A DNA stretch of 61,496 nucleotides, from IMG/VR virus record IMGVR_UViG_3300021963_000137, positions 1 through 61,496 of that record; one strand, 5' to 3'. The DNA is from a virus. Lineage: Duplodnaviria; Caudoviricetes. Below are positions 48,419 through 58,299 of the stretch, piece after piece. Below the pieces are notes generated by a model that searched no databases, was not told where the DNA came from, and saw only the letters and a list, made by a program, of their open reading frames with translations. The translations under genes were made by a program, and so were the position numbers. Within the stretch, counting starts at the first letter, position 1; every line of letters starts with the position of its first letter.

Positions 48419-48597
48419 ATATTTATTTGTTAGTAGCACTTGTTTTATTTCTTGGTGTATATAACTGGAAATTAATAACTCAAGTTAATGACCAAGAAGA
48501 ACAATTAGAAATGGCTAATGATTTAATTTTAACTATGGCAGAAGAACTACAAAGTTTAGGTTCGCCTAATGTTAAGGTAGTTGAACGTGAAAAATAA
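48412..48597 (+). CDS. Small membrane protein
   Basis: N-terminal TM segment. Confidence 0.55.
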   Translation: MVDIYLLVALVLFLGVYNWKLITQVNDQEEQLEMANDLILTMAEELQSLGSPNVKVVEREK

Positions 48598-49063
48598 ACT
48601 ATTTCCTGGTATCACAGTAGAAGTAGTATGTTTACCTAATTGTGAGAAAGAAATAGGTAAACTATTCTTTGATTGCTTAGAAGATTATGTTGAAAGGTTT
48701 AATAAACCAGTTCAATTTCTTAATTTTAAAATACAAATCTGTGCAATAGAATACCCTATTGGCGCAGAGATGGGTATCACTATGTTCAATGAGCAAGATG
48801 ATCGTATACTTATACAAGTAAAAGATCCATTTGTTTCTGAATGCGAGTATAGTGATTGGGCTATGGAAAAATTTATTTGTGTGTTATGTCACGAGATTGT
48901 TCATGCCTGTCAACATTTAACAGGTAGTACTGGTATTAAAATTCCAAAGTATAAGAATAATACAAACAATATACATGATGAATATTTCTTTGATCCTATT
49001 GAAATAGAAGCCAGAATTTTAGAATCAGTTTATTCTACCTATTATGGACAAACTTTATTATGA
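48581..49063 (+). CDS. Zinc metallopeptidase-like protein (HExxH)
   Basis: LCHEIVHACQ...Y...P.EIEA. Confidence 0.7.
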   Translation: MNVKNKLFPGITVEVVCLPNCEKEIGKLFFDCLEDYVERFNKPVQFLNFKIQICAIEYPIGAEMGITMFNEQDDRILIQVKDPFVSECEYSDWAMEKFICVLCHEIVHACQHLTGSTGIKIPKYKNNTNNIHDEYFFDPIEIEARILESVYSTYYGQTLL

Positions 49064-50919
49064 AAAAATTAAGGCTATGTGTAGACATAGAAACAAACGA
49101 CCTGATGCCTAAAGTAGATACTATATGGTGTCTAGTAGCGGTTGATTCAGATACAGGTACTGTATACTCTTTTTCGGATTACGATAATGAATTACCATCA
49201 CTTAAAGAAGGTCTTGATTTTATTAGCACCGCTGATATTTTATTCGGTCATAACTTTATTGGTTATGATCTTGTTGTGCTTAAACATTTACTGGGATGGA
49301 GTCCACCTAATACAGTAAAATTAGTAGACACTTGGATACTATCTATGCTTAACCAATACAAACGAGATCACAAACATGGTCTTGAAGGTTGGGGTTCTAA
49401 ATTAGGTTTTCCTAAACTAGAATTTAATGAATTCAATAAGTATAGTAAAGAAATGCTTACATATTGTATTCGAGATGTAGAACTTAATGTTAAGGTATAC
49501 AAGGTACTTGTAGAAGAAGCTACTAAAATTATATCTAAACATCCTACATATAAAACAGGTATTGAAGTTGAAATGGAGTTTGCTACTATTGAATCTGAAA
49601 TCCAATACAAAGGATGGATGTTTGATATGGCGGGTGCTCAGACTCTGTTAACTAAAATCAATAATAAGCTTGAAGCTATTGAAGCAGTACTTGAGCCTAA
49701 GATAGGTTTAAGATGTCTTAAAGTAGATAAAGCTGATGAATACAAAGAACCTGCTTGGCGTAAAGATGGTTGTTATACAGTAGCAACTGTTAAACACTTT
49801 GATATACCACAAGAAGCAGGTAAAGAAGATAGACCTATTGCTGGTCCATATTGTCGTATTGCTTTTGAACAAGGTAAAGTAGGCAGTATTGAAGTAGTAA
49901 AAGATTGGTTGTATAGTCTTGGATGGGTACCTGATGAATGGAACGTTGAAAAGATTAACGGTAAATTCGTAAACAAAAGCCCTAAGATTACAGAATCTTC
50001 TCTTGAAAAGTTAGGACCAGATGCTATGCTAGTGTCTGAGTATTACACAATCAGAAGCCGTAAAGGTATTTTAGAAGGATGGATTGATGCTGTTAAACAA
50101 TCAAAAGATAACCGTCTTCATGGGCGCATGTGGACTATTGGGACTCCTACCTTTCGTTGTCGTCATGAGCTTGTTGCTAATCTCCCTAGCGTTGATTCGG
50201 TTTATGGCAAAGAGATGCGAGGACTTCTTATCTGTGAAGCTGGAACAAGTATTGTGGGAGCCGACTCATCGGGTAACCAGATGCGTGGTCTATGTCATTA
50301 CATTGGTAACGATGATTTTACTAATGAAGTAATCAACGGAGATGTACATACAAAGAATGCTGAGATTCTTAGCACAGTATATCCATGCTCTCGTAAGACA
50401 GCTAAACCTTGGCTATATGCTTATCTCTTCGGAGCAGGAGCAGGTAAGTCTGGTTTAATTCTTACAGGTAAACGTGATGCTACTATCGGTAAAGCTTCTC
50501 AAGATAAATTTGAGACTGCTATTCCAGGATTAAAAGAACTTAAAGATAAACTTAATGGTATGTTTGAAAAAACATCAGGATCATTTGGTAAAGATAAAGC
50601 TTTTATTCGTGGTGTTGATGGTAGATTAATCTTTGTTAGTTCTGGTCATCAGGTATTAAACTACTTGCTGCAAACAGCTGAAGGTGTTACTTGTAAAGCA
50701 GCTATTGTTTATCTTAAACGTAAGCTACAAGAACGTGGTATACAATTCTACTTTGCTATTCATTATCATGACGAACTAGCAGTAGTAGTTAAAGATGAAT
50801 ATGCAGAAGAAGTAAAAGAGTTAGCCATTGAAGCGTTCACTGAAGCACCTAAATGGTTTGGTATTAATTGTATGGGTGGTGACGCTCACATTGGAAAAAC
50901 ATATGCAGAAGTACACTGA
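49060..50919 (+). CDS. DNA polymerase family A with 3'-5' exonuclease
   Basis: DIET exonuclease motif, GADSSGNQMR motif A, RKTAKPWLYAYLFG motif B, HDE motif C. Confidence 0.95.
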   Translation: MKKLRLCVDIETNDLMPKVDTIWCLVAVDSDTGTVYSFSDYDNELPSLKEGLDFISTADILFGHNFIGYDLVVLKHLLGWSPPNTVKLVDTWILSMLNQYKRDHKHGLEGWGSKLGFPKLEFNEFNKYSKEMLTYCIRDVELNVKVYKVLVEEATKIISKHPTYKTGIEVEMEFATIESEIQYKGWMFDMAGAQTLLTKINNKLEAIEAVLEPKIGLRCLKVDKADEYKEPAWRKDGCYTVATVKHFDIPQEAGKEDRPIAGPYCRIAFEQGKVGSIEVVKDWLYSLGWVPDEWNVEKINGKFVNKSPKITESSLEKLGPDAMLVSEYYTIRSRKGILEGWIDAVKQSKDNRLHGRMWTIGTPTFRCRHELVANLPSVDSVYGKEMRGLLICEAGTSIVGADSSGNQMRGLCHYIGNDDFTNEVINGDVHTKNAEILSTVYPCSRKTAKPWLYAYLFGAGAGKSGLILTGKRDATIGKASQDKFETAIPGLKELKDKLNGMFEKTSGSFGKDKAFIRGVDGRLIFVSSGHQVLNYLLQTAEGVTCKAAIVYLKRKLQERGIQFYFAIHYHDELAVVVKDEYAEEVKELAIEAFTEAPKWFGINCMGGDAHIGKTYAEVH

Positions 50920-51757
50920 TAATGATATTCAGTTTGACATGGCAATTATAGATGCAGACAGTATCATGTATCAAATTGCTTTTGTTGAACCCTCTCCAGC
51001 TAAATGCAAGAAAGGTCTTGACAATAAGCTAAAAGAAATTATGGAAAACACTAATGCCTCTAATGGTGTAGTGTTTATTAAAGGTAGTAATAACTTTAGA
51101 TATGAAGTTGATATTGCTTATAAAGGAAATCGTAAAGATACTATTGAACCTGAAGTAAAAGATCGTATTGAAATGTTATATGAATACGCTAAAGACTTCT
51201 GTGTATTAAGCGATAAAGGTGAGGCAGATGATCTTTGTGGTATCACTGCTCGCAAAGCTCTTGATGAAGGTAAACTATATATTGTATCTCACATAGATAA
51301 AGATCTTAATGCTATCACAGGATGGCATCATAACTTTAAGACAGGTGAGATATATCATATGGATGACTCACAAGCTTATCGTTTCTTAATGACTCAAATC
51401 CTTACAGGAGATGCTACAGATAATATCCAAGGGTTACGTGGTGTAGGTATTAAGACAGCTGAAAAGCTAATTAAAGATACACCTAATAACCTCTTGTGGG
51501 ATAAGGTTATCGAGTTGTGGAAAGCAAAACAAGGAGACTTGTGGTATAATAATTTCCTGAAGTGTGCTAACTGTATTTACATCAGGGAGTTTGAAGAAGA
51601 TCTCAGACCATTAACTTTTGAAGAAATAAAAGAAAGATTAGTATGGACTATGGACATTGGCATCCCCTTACAGACAGACCAGACGGAGCCTTTGGATTTA
51701 TCTACTATGTCGAAAACCTCCAAACAGGAAGACGATACATTGGAAGAAAGCAATTAA
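50903..51757 (+). CDS. 5'-3' exonuclease (T7 gp6-like)
   Basis: IDAD, YKGNR, EADD, DKDL, GDATDNIQG motifs. Confidence 0.9.
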   Translation: MQKYTDNDIQFDMAIIDADSIMYQIAFVEPSPAKCKKGLDNKLKEIMENTNASNGVVFIKGSNNFRYEVDIAYKGNRKDTIEPEVKDRIEMLYEYAKDFCVLSDKGEADDLCGITARKALDEGKLYIVSHIDKDLNAITGWHHNFKTGEIYHMDDSQAYRFLMTQILTGDATDNIQGLRGVGIKTAEKLIKDTPNNLLWDKVIELWKAKQGDLWYNNFLKCANCIYIREFEEDLRPLTFEEIKERLVWTMDIGIPLQTDQTEPLDLSTMSKTSKQEDDTLEESN

Positions 51758-52059
51758 TCAGTGAATCAAAACGACTACTACCTGGAGCAACAAGAAGAAC
51801 CATCACTCGAAGAGAGAGTGATTGGAGAGATTATAGATCCTCGTGCAGAGAACTCTTGGATGATATTAACTACTACGGATTTGATTCATTTACTTTTGTT
51901 ATCTACGAATGGGTATTTGGAAAAGGAATGCTTACGTATCGGGAAGTCCAAGAGCAATGGGAATGTGAAGTCCTTTCGAGAATTGAAACACCTGATGGAG
52001 AACGCCTCTACTACAATGGGAATATTGGGGCAGTAAAATTTCTTAAACCAAAGCTATGA
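51643..52059 (+). CDS. GIY-YIG-like endonuclease
   Basis: FGFIY...YIGRKQ...ESDWRDY.SS...YYNGNI. Confidence 0.75.
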   Translation: MDYGHWHPLTDRPDGAFGFIYYVENLQTGRRYIGRKQLISESKRLLPGATRRTITRRESDWRDYRSSCRELLDDINYYGFDSFTFVIYEWVFGKGMLTYREVQEQWECEVLSRIETPDGERLYYNGNIGAVKFLKPKL

Positions 52060-52209
52060 AAAATAAAAAACCTGAACCTTTAAAAGAATATATTAGTCTT
52101 AAGGATGAATTTAAAAATCAATTCCAAAAGAAAAAGTCTACTCAACAAGAGGCTAGACAGCGTAGAAAAGAAATTAGAGATATGAAGGAACAAAGGGAGT
52201 GGAATTAAT

Positions 52210-53814
52210 ATGTCCCGCTGGATACATGCACCATGTCCTAAATGTAGTTCATCAGACGCATTTAGTTACAAAGAAGATGACTCGCATGGCTTTTGTTTTA
52301 GCTGCCAGAAGTCTTCACCTATAGACCCTAACTTCAAACCAACTGTATATCACAAAGAGAATTACAACATGCATACTTTAGAGGAAATTAAAGATTATGA
52401 CACTAGAGGTTTTCAAGAAAGAGCTATCACAAAAGTGGTTGCATCTCATTATGGAGTTAAAGTATCATATGCAGAAGATGGCACGATCAGTAGCCACTTC
52501 TATCCATATACTCGTGGCGGTGTCGTTGTTGCCTATAAGGAACGTAAACTACCTAAAACATTCCTTATACATGGTGACTTTAAAGATACTGAATTATTTG
52601 GTCAAAATGTTTCCTCAGGTGGTAAGCGCATTGTTATTACTGAAGGAGAATTGGATGCACTTGCCGTGGCACAAGCCCAACACGATAAGTATGCTAAATT
52701 CTATCCGTCAGTCGCAATCCCGTCGGCATCGGCAATGGCTCTAATCCTTAATCAACGTGAGTACCTTCGTAGTTTTGATGAAGTAGTACTTATGTTTGAT
52801 ATGGATGAACCTGGTAGGAAAGCTACTCAACAAGCAGCTAAAATTATTGGTTACGATAAAATTAAGGTAGCAGACTTACCTGAAAAAGATCCATGTGATG
52901 TGTTAATTAAACATGGTTCAGCAGAGTTAATGAAGTGTATCTTTAATGCTCGTACATACAGTCCTGCTGGTGTAGTTAAAGGTGAAGAGATTTGGGAACA
53001 GTATCAACGTAGACAGTCTACTGTATCTGTACCTTATCCTCATTGTTTGAATGGCTTAAATGAAAAGCTATATGGCATGAGACAAGGTGAGATTGTATTG
53101 TTTACTTCAGGTACTGGCTCAGGTAAATCAACTGTTATTAAAGAAATTGTATTTGAAATACTAAGTAAAACTACTGACATGGTAGGTATGGTTTCTCTTG
53201 AAGAATCTGTAGGTGATACTGCTCAGAAGTTTATTAGTATGCAACTTAAAAAGAATCTTAATGTTGATGTTGTATCTGAACAAGAACAATATCAAGCTTT
53301 CCAAACAGTCTTTGGTGATGAACGATTAATCTTATTAGACCATCAAGGTTCTGTTAGTGATGAGTCTCTTATTGATAAGATGGAACACCTAGCATTGATG
53401 GGTTGTAAATATATTATCCTTGATCACATCACTATTGCTGTATCTGAAGGTGCTAAAGGTAAGACAGGTAATGAGGCAGTTGACTCTGTTATGTCTGACT
53501 TACTTAAGATAGCTAAGAAACATAACGTATGGTTAGGTGTTGTATCTCACCTACGTAAAGGTGAAAAACCTTTTGAAGAAGGTAACCTACCTACTATTGA
53601 TGACATCAAGGGTTCTGGTTCTATCAAACAAATTTCATTTGATATCATCGCCTTTGCACGTAATATGATTGCTGAAACAGAAGCAATGCGTAATACTATT
53701 CGCCTTCGTGTTCTCAAATCTCGTTTTACTGGTCTTACAGGTGACTGTGGTACTACTAAATATGATGCTGGCACAGGGCGACTACAACAAAATACATTCG
53801 TAGACTTTCAATAA
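52210..53814 (+). CDS. Primase-helicase (T7 gp4-like)
   Basis: CPKC...CFSC zinc finger, TOPRIM EGE.D and DMD, Walker A GTGSGKST, DIKGSG. Confidence 0.95.
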   Translation: MSRWIHAPCPKCSSSDAFSYKEDDSHGFCFSCQKSSPIDPNFKPTVYHKENYNMHTLEEIKDYDTRGFQERAITKVVASHYGVKVSYAEDGTISSHFYPYTRGGVVVAYKERKLPKTFLIHGDFKDTELFGQNVSSGGKRIVITEGELDALAVAQAQHDKYAKFYPSVAIPSASAMALILNQREYLRSFDEVVLMFDMDEPGRKATQQAAKIIGYDKIKVADLPEKDPCDVLIKHGSAELMKCIFNARTYSPAGVVKGEEIWEQYQRRQSTVSVPYPHCLNGLNEKLYGMRQGEIVLFTSGTGSGKSTVIKEIVFEILSKTTDMVGMVSLEESVGDTAQKFISMQLKKNLNVDVVSEQEQYQAFQTVFGDERLILLDHQGSVSDESLIDKMEHLALMGCKYIILDHITIAVSEGAKGKTGNEAVDSVMSDLLKIAKKHNVWLGVVSHLRKGEKPFEEGNLPTIDDIKGSGSIKQISFDIIAFARNMIAETEAMRNTIRLRVLKSRFTGLTGDCGTTKYDAGTGRLQQNTFVDFQ

Positions 53815-53823
53815 AAGGAATAC

Positions 53824-56025
53824 ATGAATCCAGTACAATATCTATCTGAAAGAGTAGCCAAAGTCGTGGTCAACTCAGATAAGATTTATAATGAAGGTGC
53901 TCGACTATTAGCACATCATCCAACATGGGAATATGACTTAGAAAGGTTTGTAAATGAATCGTGGGACACACTCCTCCGCTACTGTATTCGCAACAAGAAT
54001 GCAACTCATAGCGCATCAGTTAAACTTACTTTTGCAAGTGACCTTATCGGAAAACGAATCGCAAGAGCTATTGGAACTGATGAAAGCAACATCAAATCAA
54101 CTCTCGCTCTTGGAGACATTCTACTCGAAACATTTCTCCAAGATAGTCTTATAGATATCTTCAGAGAGTATGATGGATTTAAAGCTCCATACATGGTGCG
54201 TATTGTCAACATGCCTGACAATATTAAGCCTACATTAATAGGTACTTCATTTGAACCTTTATTACCTATAGCTGGTCTATATAGTAACCTTACTAAAGAA
54301 CCATTCATTAAAGGATGGACTAACAGTAAGCTGTTTCATGAGTACTTAGATAAACCTTTTGTACGTGCATTAGAAACATTACGCCAACAACCTTGGGTAT
54401 TAAATCAAGGTGTGTTAGAAGGTATGAGAAACTATAAGCCAACTGAAATACTAAAGTTGGTTGATGATGATGGTGTATTATATGACTACAACATTCATTA
54501 TGAAAATTTAGAACTACCAAAGAAGCTTAAGCACCTAGATGGTACTTCTTTCCTTGGTAAGAAAGACCCTAAGCTACAACGTATGCTTAGTAAGTTCTTT
54601 GAATACAATCAAGTAGTAAAGAAAGCTGAATTGATTGGTGATAGATCATTCTATCAAGAAGTATCCTGTGACTATCGTGGTCGAGTATACTATGCTGAAT
54701 CCTTCTTAGAGTTTCAGGGTAGTGACTTGGCTCGTAGTCTCTTTTTATTCCAGAATAAAAAAGAAATGGATGATCGTGGTTACTTCTGGCTTAAGGTTCA
54801 TACAGCAGGATGCTATAATGAATCGTTTAATGTTAATAAATTACCACATTATTTTACTACTGACTATAAGACTTATTTAAAAGGAGAAGGTTTAGATACT
54901 ATCTCCCTTGATAAAATGACTCTTGAAGATAGAGCTATATGGGTAGATAATAATTTAATTAAATTAGCTAACATTGCTAATCAATATACTATAGATACAT
55001 CCGCTGAAAAGCCTTATAGTTTATTAGCTTGTTGTCTTGAAATTAAAAATTATATCCAAGCTAAATCTAAAGGTAAGAAGCATATGTCTGGTCTTCCTAT
55101 ACCTATTGATGGTAGTAATAATGGATGGCAGCATCTGGCAGCTATGTCTAGAGATACCCAAGCAGCTACCTTAGTATCATTAGTACCTACACCTATACAG
55201 AAAGACTTTTATGTAGCTGTGGCTAAAGAGCTAATTAACATTATGCCTGACTACTTTAAACAAAAGAATATGCCTATGAAAGATATCCGTAAAGGTATTG
55301 CTAAACGAGGTTCTATGACTCGTGCATACTCAGCAGGTAAACAACGTATTGCTAAGAATATGTATGATGACTGCCATGTAGAAGGATTTACTGTTAAATA
55401 TGGTATCACAGAAAAAGAATGTGGAGACTTAGCAGGTAACCTAATTAAGGCTATTAATGCAGTATGCTCTGGTCCATTAAAGACAACTAAGTTCTTACAA
55501 AAAATTGCTGAACATGAGCTTAACTCTGGTCGTAATCAACTATCATGGCATACACCTTCAGGATTCCCTGTAGTGTATAAAGCATTTCTTCAGCATGAAC
55601 GTAAACATAGAGGTACTATTAGAGGTATACCTGGAAACCCTAAAGGAAGGATTAGACATGTTATTAAAGTGGATGTACTCAATAAAGATACAGGTGAAAA
55701 AGTTCCTTGTAGACGCTCCTTTGCTTCTGGCATCAGCCCTAATCTCGTTCATAGTTACGATGCTGCTCATATGGCTAATGTTATCTCTATTTTTAATGGC
55801 AACTTTGGTGCTGTCCACGACAGCTTTAGTACTCATGCCAGTGAAGTGGATTTTCTTCAGGAAGTAACTAAGATGACCTTTGTAGCACAGTATGATATAG
55901 AAAACTTCTTTAGTAATCTTATGGATACATTAATGCTTAACAAAGATACATTCACTTACCCTCCACCAGAAGAAGGTACATTAGATTTAAAACAAGTCTA
56001 TGAATCTAAATACTTTTTCTGCTAG
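53824..56025 (+). CDS. T7-type single-subunit DNA-directed RNA polymerase
   Basis: DYRGRVY, motif A IDGSNNGWQH, motif B RKGIAKRGSMTRAY, PNLVHSYDA, motif C VHDSF. Confidence 0.95.
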   Translation: MNPVQYLSERVAKVVVNSDKIYNEGARLLAHHPTWEYDLERFVNESWDTLLRYCIRNKNATHSASVKLTFASDLIGKRIARAIGTDESNIKSTLALGDILLETFLQDSLIDIFREYDGFKAPYMVRIVNMPDNIKPTLIGTSFEPLLPIAGLYSNLTKEPFIKGWTNSKLFHEYLDKPFVRALETLRQQPWVLNQGVLEGMRNYKPTEILKLVDDDGVLYDYNIHYENLELPKKLKHLDGTSFLGKKDPKLQRMLSKFFEYNQVVKKAELIGDRSFYQEVSCDYRGRVYYAESFLEFQGSDLARSLFLFQNKKEMDDRGYFWLKVHTAGCYNESFNVNKLPHYFTTDYKTYLKGEGLDTISLDKMTLEDRAIWVDNNLIKLANIANQYTIDTSAEKPYSLLACCLEIKNYIQAKSKGKKHMSGLPIPIDGSNNGWQHLAAMSRDTQAATLVSLVPTPIQKDFYVAVAKELINIMPDYFKQKNMPMKDIRKGIAKRGSMTRAYSAGKQRIAKNMYDDCHVEGFTVKYGITEKECGDLAGNLIKAINAVCSGPLKTTKFLQKIAEHELNSGRNQLSWHTPSGFPVVYKAFLQHERKHRGTIRGIPGNPKGRIRHVIKVDVLNKDTGEKVPCRRSFASGISPNLVHSYDAAHMANVISIFNGNFGAVHDSFSTHASEVDFLQEVTKMTFVAQYDIENFFSNLMDTLMLNKDTFTYPPPEEGTLDLKQVYESKYFFC

Positions 56026-56041
56026 TTGTCCCCTAATACCG
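56023..56041 (+). promoter_or_regulatory. Candidate phage RNAP promoter, variant at the start site (AGTTGTCCCCTAATACC)
   Basis: Repeat motif overlapping the RNAP stop codon, upstream of RNR. Confidence 0.7.
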
Positions 56042-56062
56042 AAGAATAAACAAAAGGAACTC

Positions 56063-57940
56063 ATGAACTCTTATCAACAACTTATCGCTAAATCCCGTTA
56101 TGCCCGTTACTTACCTGAAAAGAAACGTAGGGAGAATTGGAATGAAACCTCTGAACGTTGGGTAGCTTTCTTTCAAAGAGAATTAAAAAATAAAATTAAA
56201 CCAAATGACAGTATCTGGGAAATTTTAGGTAATGAGATTAATAATTTGTCTACATTACCCTCAATGCGTTCTATTATGACAGCTGGAGAGGCATTACGCC
56301 GTACTAATGTGGCTGCATATAATTGTTCTTATTTACCTATTGATAGTCCTCGTTGTTTTGATGAGGCCATGTATATCCTATTATGTGGTACTGGAGTGGG
56401 CTTCTCGGCTGAACAGCAATATACCAGTCAGTTACCTCCAGTACCTTTCTTAGTAAATGATTATTCTTTTATCATTAAGGTTGAGGACAGCAAAGAAGGT
56501 TGGTGTGACGCATATCGTACACTTATTAATAACTTATACAAAGGTATTATTCCTCACTGGGATACATCTTTAGTACGCCCAGCAGGTGCTCCACTTAAGA
56601 CCTTTGGTGGTCGTGCTTCTGGTCCTGGCCCATTGATTGACTTGTTCAGCTATACAGTTAACAAGTTTATGGTAGCTCAAGGACGTCAACTAAAGCCTAT
56701 TGAGTGCCATGATATCATGTGTAAGATTGGTGAGGTAGTTGTGGTAGGTGGTGTACGCCGCAGTGCTATGATTAGCTTAGGAGACTTAGGAGACTATGAC
56801 CATGCTACTGCTAAGACAGGTACATGGTGGGAACAACATGGTGAACGTGCTTTAGCTAATAACTCAGCTGTATACAATAGTAAACCTTCTGTAGGCGAGT
56901 TCATGAAGGAATGGTTAGACATCTACAACAGTCATTCAGGTGAACGAGGAATCTTTAATCGTGAAGCATCACAAAAACAAGCAGCAAAATGGGGAAGACG
57001 ATCAGCTAGTGTTGATTACGGAACTAATCCCTGTTCAGAAATCATCCTTAAGCCCTACCAGTTTTGCAACTTATCCACCGTTGTTGTCTCACCAGAGGAT
57101 ACTCTTGCCTCCCTCAAACACAAGGTCAGAGTGGCTACTATTATGGGTACCATGCAGTCAACCCTAACTTACTTCCCTTACCTACGTGATATCTGGCGTA
57201 CTAATACTGAGTCAGAACGCCTGTTAGGTGTGTCTATGACTGGTATCCTTGACAATCAACTATTACGTGGTCAAGGTAATATGAATTTAGAAGAAGTATT
57301 ATCTATCCTACGTGACGTAGCTCGTGAGACTAATGAAGAATGGGCTGAGATCTTAGGTATCTCTGCTTCAACAGCTATTACTTGTGTTAAGCCTGAAGGT
57401 ACTGTATCTCAGTTAACACAAACAAGTAGTGGTATTCATGCTGGACATGCACCATATTATATCAGACGTATTCGTCAGGATAAAAAGGATCCTTTAACAC
57501 AGTTCTTAATTGAACAAGGTGTTCCTCATGAAGACTGTGTTATGAAGCCTGATCAAACATCTGTGTTTAGCTTCCCACAACGTTCACCAGGATTTACCCG
57601 CAAGGACTTAACCGCTATTGAACACTTAAATATCTGGTTAATGTATCAACGTCATTGGTGTGAACACAAACCATCTGTCACTATCTCTGTTAAAGAACAT
57701 GAGTGGATGGAGGTAGGTGCATGGGTATATGAACACTTTGATGAATGTACTGGTATTAGCTTCTTACCTGATGATGGTGGTACTTATCGTCAGGCTCCAT
57801 ACGAAGATATTGACTTGTCAGTATATCATCGTTTAAAAGATACACAACCCACTATTGATTGGGAAAATTTTATTGAAGATCGTGATAATGTTGAGGGTGC
57901 TCAAACATTAGCATGTACAGCTGGAGGATGTGAGATTTGA
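56063..57940 (+). CDS. nrdJ: Ribonucleotide reductase class II (adenosylcobalamin-dependent)
   Basis: YNC, GGVRRSA, TNPCSEI, VKPEGTVS, C-terminal CxxxxC; no small-subunit gene. Confidence 0.88.
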   Translation: MNSYQQLIAKSRYARYLPEKKRRENWNETSERWVAFFQRELKNKIKPNDSIWEILGNEINNLSTLPSMRSIMTAGEALRRTNVAAYNCSYLPIDSPRCFDEAMYILLCGTGVGFSAEQQYTSQLPPVPFLVNDYSFIIKVEDSKEGWCDAYRTLINNLYKGIIPHWDTSLVRPAGAPLKTFGGRASGPGPLIDLFSYTVNKFMVAQGRQLKPIECHDIMCKIGEVVVVGGVRRSAMISLGDLGDYDHATAKTGTWWEQHGERALANNSAVYNSKPSVGEFMKEWLDIYNSHSGERGIFNREASQKQAAKWGRRSASVDYGTNPCSEIILKPYQFCNLSTVVVSPEDTLASLKHKVRVATIMGTMQSTLTYFPYLRDIWRTNTESERLLGVSMTGILDNQLLRGQGNMNLEEVLSILRDVARETNEEWAEILGISASTAITCVKPEGTVSQLTQTSSGIHAGHAPYYIRRIRQDKKDPLTQFLIEQGVPHEDCVMKPDQTSVFSFPQRSPGFTRKDLTAIEHLNIWLMYQRHWCEHKPSVTISVKEHEWMEVGAWVYEHFDECTGISFLPDDGGTYRQAPYEDIDLSVYHRLKDTQPTIDWENFIEDRDNVEGAQTLACTAGGCEI

Positions 57941-58206
57941 ACTTATATAAATTTTATACTGATACATGTGTACCATGCAGACAAATGAATAATCGTATTA
58001 AAGATGTAGATTTTAATTTTGATTATGGTGTAGTATTAACTAATGTTAATGCTACTGAAAACACAGAGCTTAGAGACAAGTATGGGGTTAAGACTGTACC
58101 TACCTTTGTACTAGCCGATGATAAAGATAATATGATTCGTAAGATTAGTGGATCTATTTCTTTACCTGAGTTAGATACTTTTATTACAGGCACAGCCGTC
58201 CCCTAA
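57937..58206 (+). CDS. Thioredoxin-like protein
   Basis: CVPC, YGVKTVPTF. Confidence 0.85.
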   Translation: MNLYKFYTDTCVPCRQMNNRIKDVDFNFDYGVVLTNVNATENTELRDKYGVKTVPTFVLADDKDNMIRKISGSISLPELDTFITGTAVP

Positions 58207-58211
58207 TAGGG
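58193..58211 (+). promoter_or_regulatory. Candidate phage RNAP promoter for the tRNA pair
   Basis: AGCCGTCCCCTAATAGGG immediately before the first tRNA. Confidence 0.75.
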
Positions 58212-58216
58212 AACAA

Positions 58217-58291
58217 TGCGGGATAGCTCAGTAGGAGAGTGCTGGACTCATAATCCAGAGGTCAGTGGTGCGAATCCACTTTCCGCAACCA
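58217..58291 (+). tRNA. tRNA with CAT anticodon (Met; Ile2 not excluded)
   Basis: Acceptor TGCGGGA/TTCCGCA, anticodon arm CTGGA-CTCATAA-TCCAG, encoded CCA. Confidence 0.88.
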
Positions 58292-58299
58292 AACAACAA

